Origin: Patellaria atrata CBS 101060
Taxonomy: Eukaryota
Reading direction: 5' to 3'
Assembly (NCBI GenBank): GCA_010093705.1
Contig: MU006098.1
Location: forward strand, 107,981-171,980
DNA length: 64,000 bases
Part shown: piece after piece, positions 61,453 to 64,000 of the stretch
Position numbering within the stretch: position 1 is the first letter of the stretch
Layout: each line of letters opens with the position of its first letter
Translations under genes and position numbers: made by a program
The notes under the pieces: generated by a model
Told to the model about the DNA's origin: nothing
The model's database searches: none
Seen by the model: the letters and a program-made list of their open reading frames with translations, nothing else

Positions 61453-64000
61453 ATGGCGGAGGGTACAGGAAGCGGCGAGAACTCGCCCGCCCCTCGGCCA
61501 TTACTGGCGTGTTACACGTGTAAGAGGTATTGACAATAGGTCATTCTATAGCCAAGGGGACGACGCTAAGAAGAGGTTAGGAGAAAGATCAAGTGGTCCG
61601 TTCATAAAATATTGCGAACTAGTCTGCGCTGTATTGAGACTGAAGCTCGATAGTGATCATGGTCGCCCAGCTTGCTCGCTTTGTGTGAAGACAGAGCAAG
61701 TTTGTGAATATCCTCTGACGTCGGCAAAACCAGGTCCCAAAATTGGTTAGTGTCCAGTGTGTAGATTCCGCTTTACTTGGAATGATATTAAACATGATAC
61801 TATTGTTCATCAGGTGCTCCTCAGAAACGGAAACAACGGCGATTACTGGATGGCTCTGCAAAGCCGACGGATCATACCCAAAGTCCTCCTGAATATCCCC
61901 TTAAGAAACCTCCGTTATCTTCGATTGGTAGTGTGGTTCCACAACAAGATCAGACTGTTCAACCCCTAGCTCAGATCTATGCCTCAGGCACCTCTTCCAC
62001 AACCGGAGTACCTGAGATAAATAGGTCCCCACTCAAGAATGTGACTGTTTCTTCATTTGAGAGAGCGATATCTGATGAGCGTGTACTGTCTCAAATAATG
62101 CACCCCTCTCATGATCCTGTTGAGGAGCATGAGAAGGACTCACTCGATAGCTCCTCTACGGAAAGGATGGACAGCGCTGACCCGGGTACCGTAGTAACAG
62201 GAATGCTTATTGAAGCTTGTAGAACTTTTAGAATGAATCTAGGGAAAGTCCAACTTATGTGAGTAAATTCTCATATGAGATACTGCTATTTTTTTGATCT
62301 AGTCGCGCTGGATTATCGCTAAGAGGGGATCCTTTCATTAATATGGGCCTAGCCACGAATGAAGAAATGCCATCGTTGATATTGTGGTTTTACTACTCAC
62401 TGGAGATATTCTGCTGACTGGCTTGCGCCTGCTAGGATCGATAGATATTTCGAGAATATGACATCCTTCTCTTTGTTTCGTCGACCAGCTTTCGACACAA
62501 AACTCCAAGGGATCAAAACCCAACGTCATGCAGAGGCGCTCCTAGCTGCAATGTTTTCGTTCTCCGCACGTTTCTGTAGTGATGCTGAACTCAGACGGAC
62601 AGGTGATGAGACAATGCCAGCTACCGAATACTTTCACAAGCTTGCGAAGATAATGCTAGACAGTTGTCTGGATAGTTTCGTAGAAGATACACCCCCTTTA
62701 TGTCTGCTACAAGCTTTAATTCTCTTAACCTTCCAACAGTTGATCGACGGAGTGCGAGGGCGAGCTTGGAGATCTCTCGGGACTTGTGTCCGGATTGCCC
62801 ATGAGCATAGCCTACATCTCATTGATCTGGAACGGAGTAAGAAATCTGGTGTTGATCTTGACGTATCGCAATGGATCTTGGATGAAGAGCGGAGAAGAGC
62901 TTGGTGGGTCATCTGGGAATTTGACGTCTTCGCTAGTACAGTCAGGAAACTACCTACAGCTATCGACTGGGCTCAGAATAATACCTGGCTTCCGGTGGAT
63001 GATGAGGCCTGGTATGCCGGAATCTACCGACCAAGTTGCGTTTTGGCAATAGATCCAGCCATCCGATGGAAACAACTAGAGAGCAGTGGAAATCAGAGCG
63101 CTAAAGCGTGGTTTATCGTGGTAAATTCACTCATGCGAAGCGCCCAACTCGTATCATATCCGCAGTTCTTTTCGCATTCCAGTCGGATAATGTTAGACTT
63201 GGAGAGTCAAAGACCATCCGCTGAAGGGATTACTCTATTACCAGAACTCACAGATACCGCTCAAATGGACCTGGATATACTGGCCAACTCACTTTGCTGC
63301 GTCATCATTGCTCTACCACCTGGTTTAGCTTTCAGGGGCGAAGCACTCAACTTCGCTTACTATCAAACCGCTCCAGTTCTTCCGAACTCTTATCAACAAG
63401 CATTTGACACGTACAGTTTGCACATAATGATTCAACTTACGCGCTTTATGATATACCACAACCACGTATCACGCCTCTCATGTAACAACACCTCGGTCTC
63501 TACTCCCGGTTCCTCACAATCACTCGGAACATCGCCCACCATCAATTCGGCGCCACCAAAAACTATCTCACCTTCCGCGCGTGCAGCATGGAATCACTAT
63601 CTTACGGCAGCATCTGAGATTGTATCTCTCCTACGATCATCTCCCCCCTCGCACGTACAACACGTAAATCCCTTTCTCGGAAGCACCATCTGGCTTACCG
63701 CCGCCACCCAGGTCGTATACCGATTTTTCGACCCCCCTGCGCATCAACGCCGAGCAATAGACTCAAATCTGGACCTTCTACGCCTGACCTTCAACCGCTA
63801 CGTAGCCTTCTGGAACATTTCAAAGGCGTTACAGGAGAACTTAGAAGGTGTGGAAAGGAAGCTAGAGCGATTGCGGCGTCACGAGCAGAAAGTCCAGACG
63901 GAGCAGAAGAAGGATGAGCAGGTGCCCTTGGGAATTGATGGAATGATGTATGGAACTGGTACGACTAATTGGACTCCGGGCATGGCTTGGAATCTTAATT
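61453..64000 (+). CDS. Zn(II)2Cys6 transcription factor with a fungal-specific TF domain; runs off the window end
   Basis: ATG 61453. The zinc cluster ACYTCKR-RKIKC-DHGRPACSLCVKTEQVCEYP is assembled across two introns. The middle-homology region reads LLQALILL..AWRSLGTCVRIAHEHSLHLID..EERRRAWWVIWEFDVFAS. The last exon, from 62436, is open to 64000. Confidence 0.92.

Noticed and set aside
1..64000. CRISPR arrays, rRNA genes, prokaryotic defence systems
   Set aside because: None seen; the sequence is spliceosomal-intron-containing fungal DNA.

Overview
Eukaryotic, intron-rich DNA from a filamentous ascomycete (Pezizomycotina), judged from GT..CTRAC..AG introns and gene content. Gene calls come from manual translation and motif recognition; no searches were run. 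The first ~45 kb is mostly a housekeeping block: glucosidase II beta subunit, a CFEM protein, a GCIP-domain protein, a GH16 Crh-type transglycosylase, a Tre/Vps70-type M28 protein, a CalB-type lipase, VPS35, the ADP/ATP carrier, ERG24, an Mrl1-like receptor, an SLC35-like transporter and an MFS transporter. A complete but stop-disrupted Fot1/Pogo transposon sits ~110 bp upstream of the glucosidase II beta ATG. The last ~16 kb looks accessory. It holds a three-gene aromatic ring-cleavage cluster (extradiol dioxygenase, flavin phenol hydroxylase, FAH-family hydrolase), a solo LTR, a small secreted protein with a bacterial-like LAS/M15 zinc-peptidase signature, a decayed HExxH gene and a Zn2Cys6 transcription factor. 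The most unexplained signal is a non-tRNA, Pol III-type (A box, B box, T-run) structured ncRNA candidate at ~18.96-19.23 kb.
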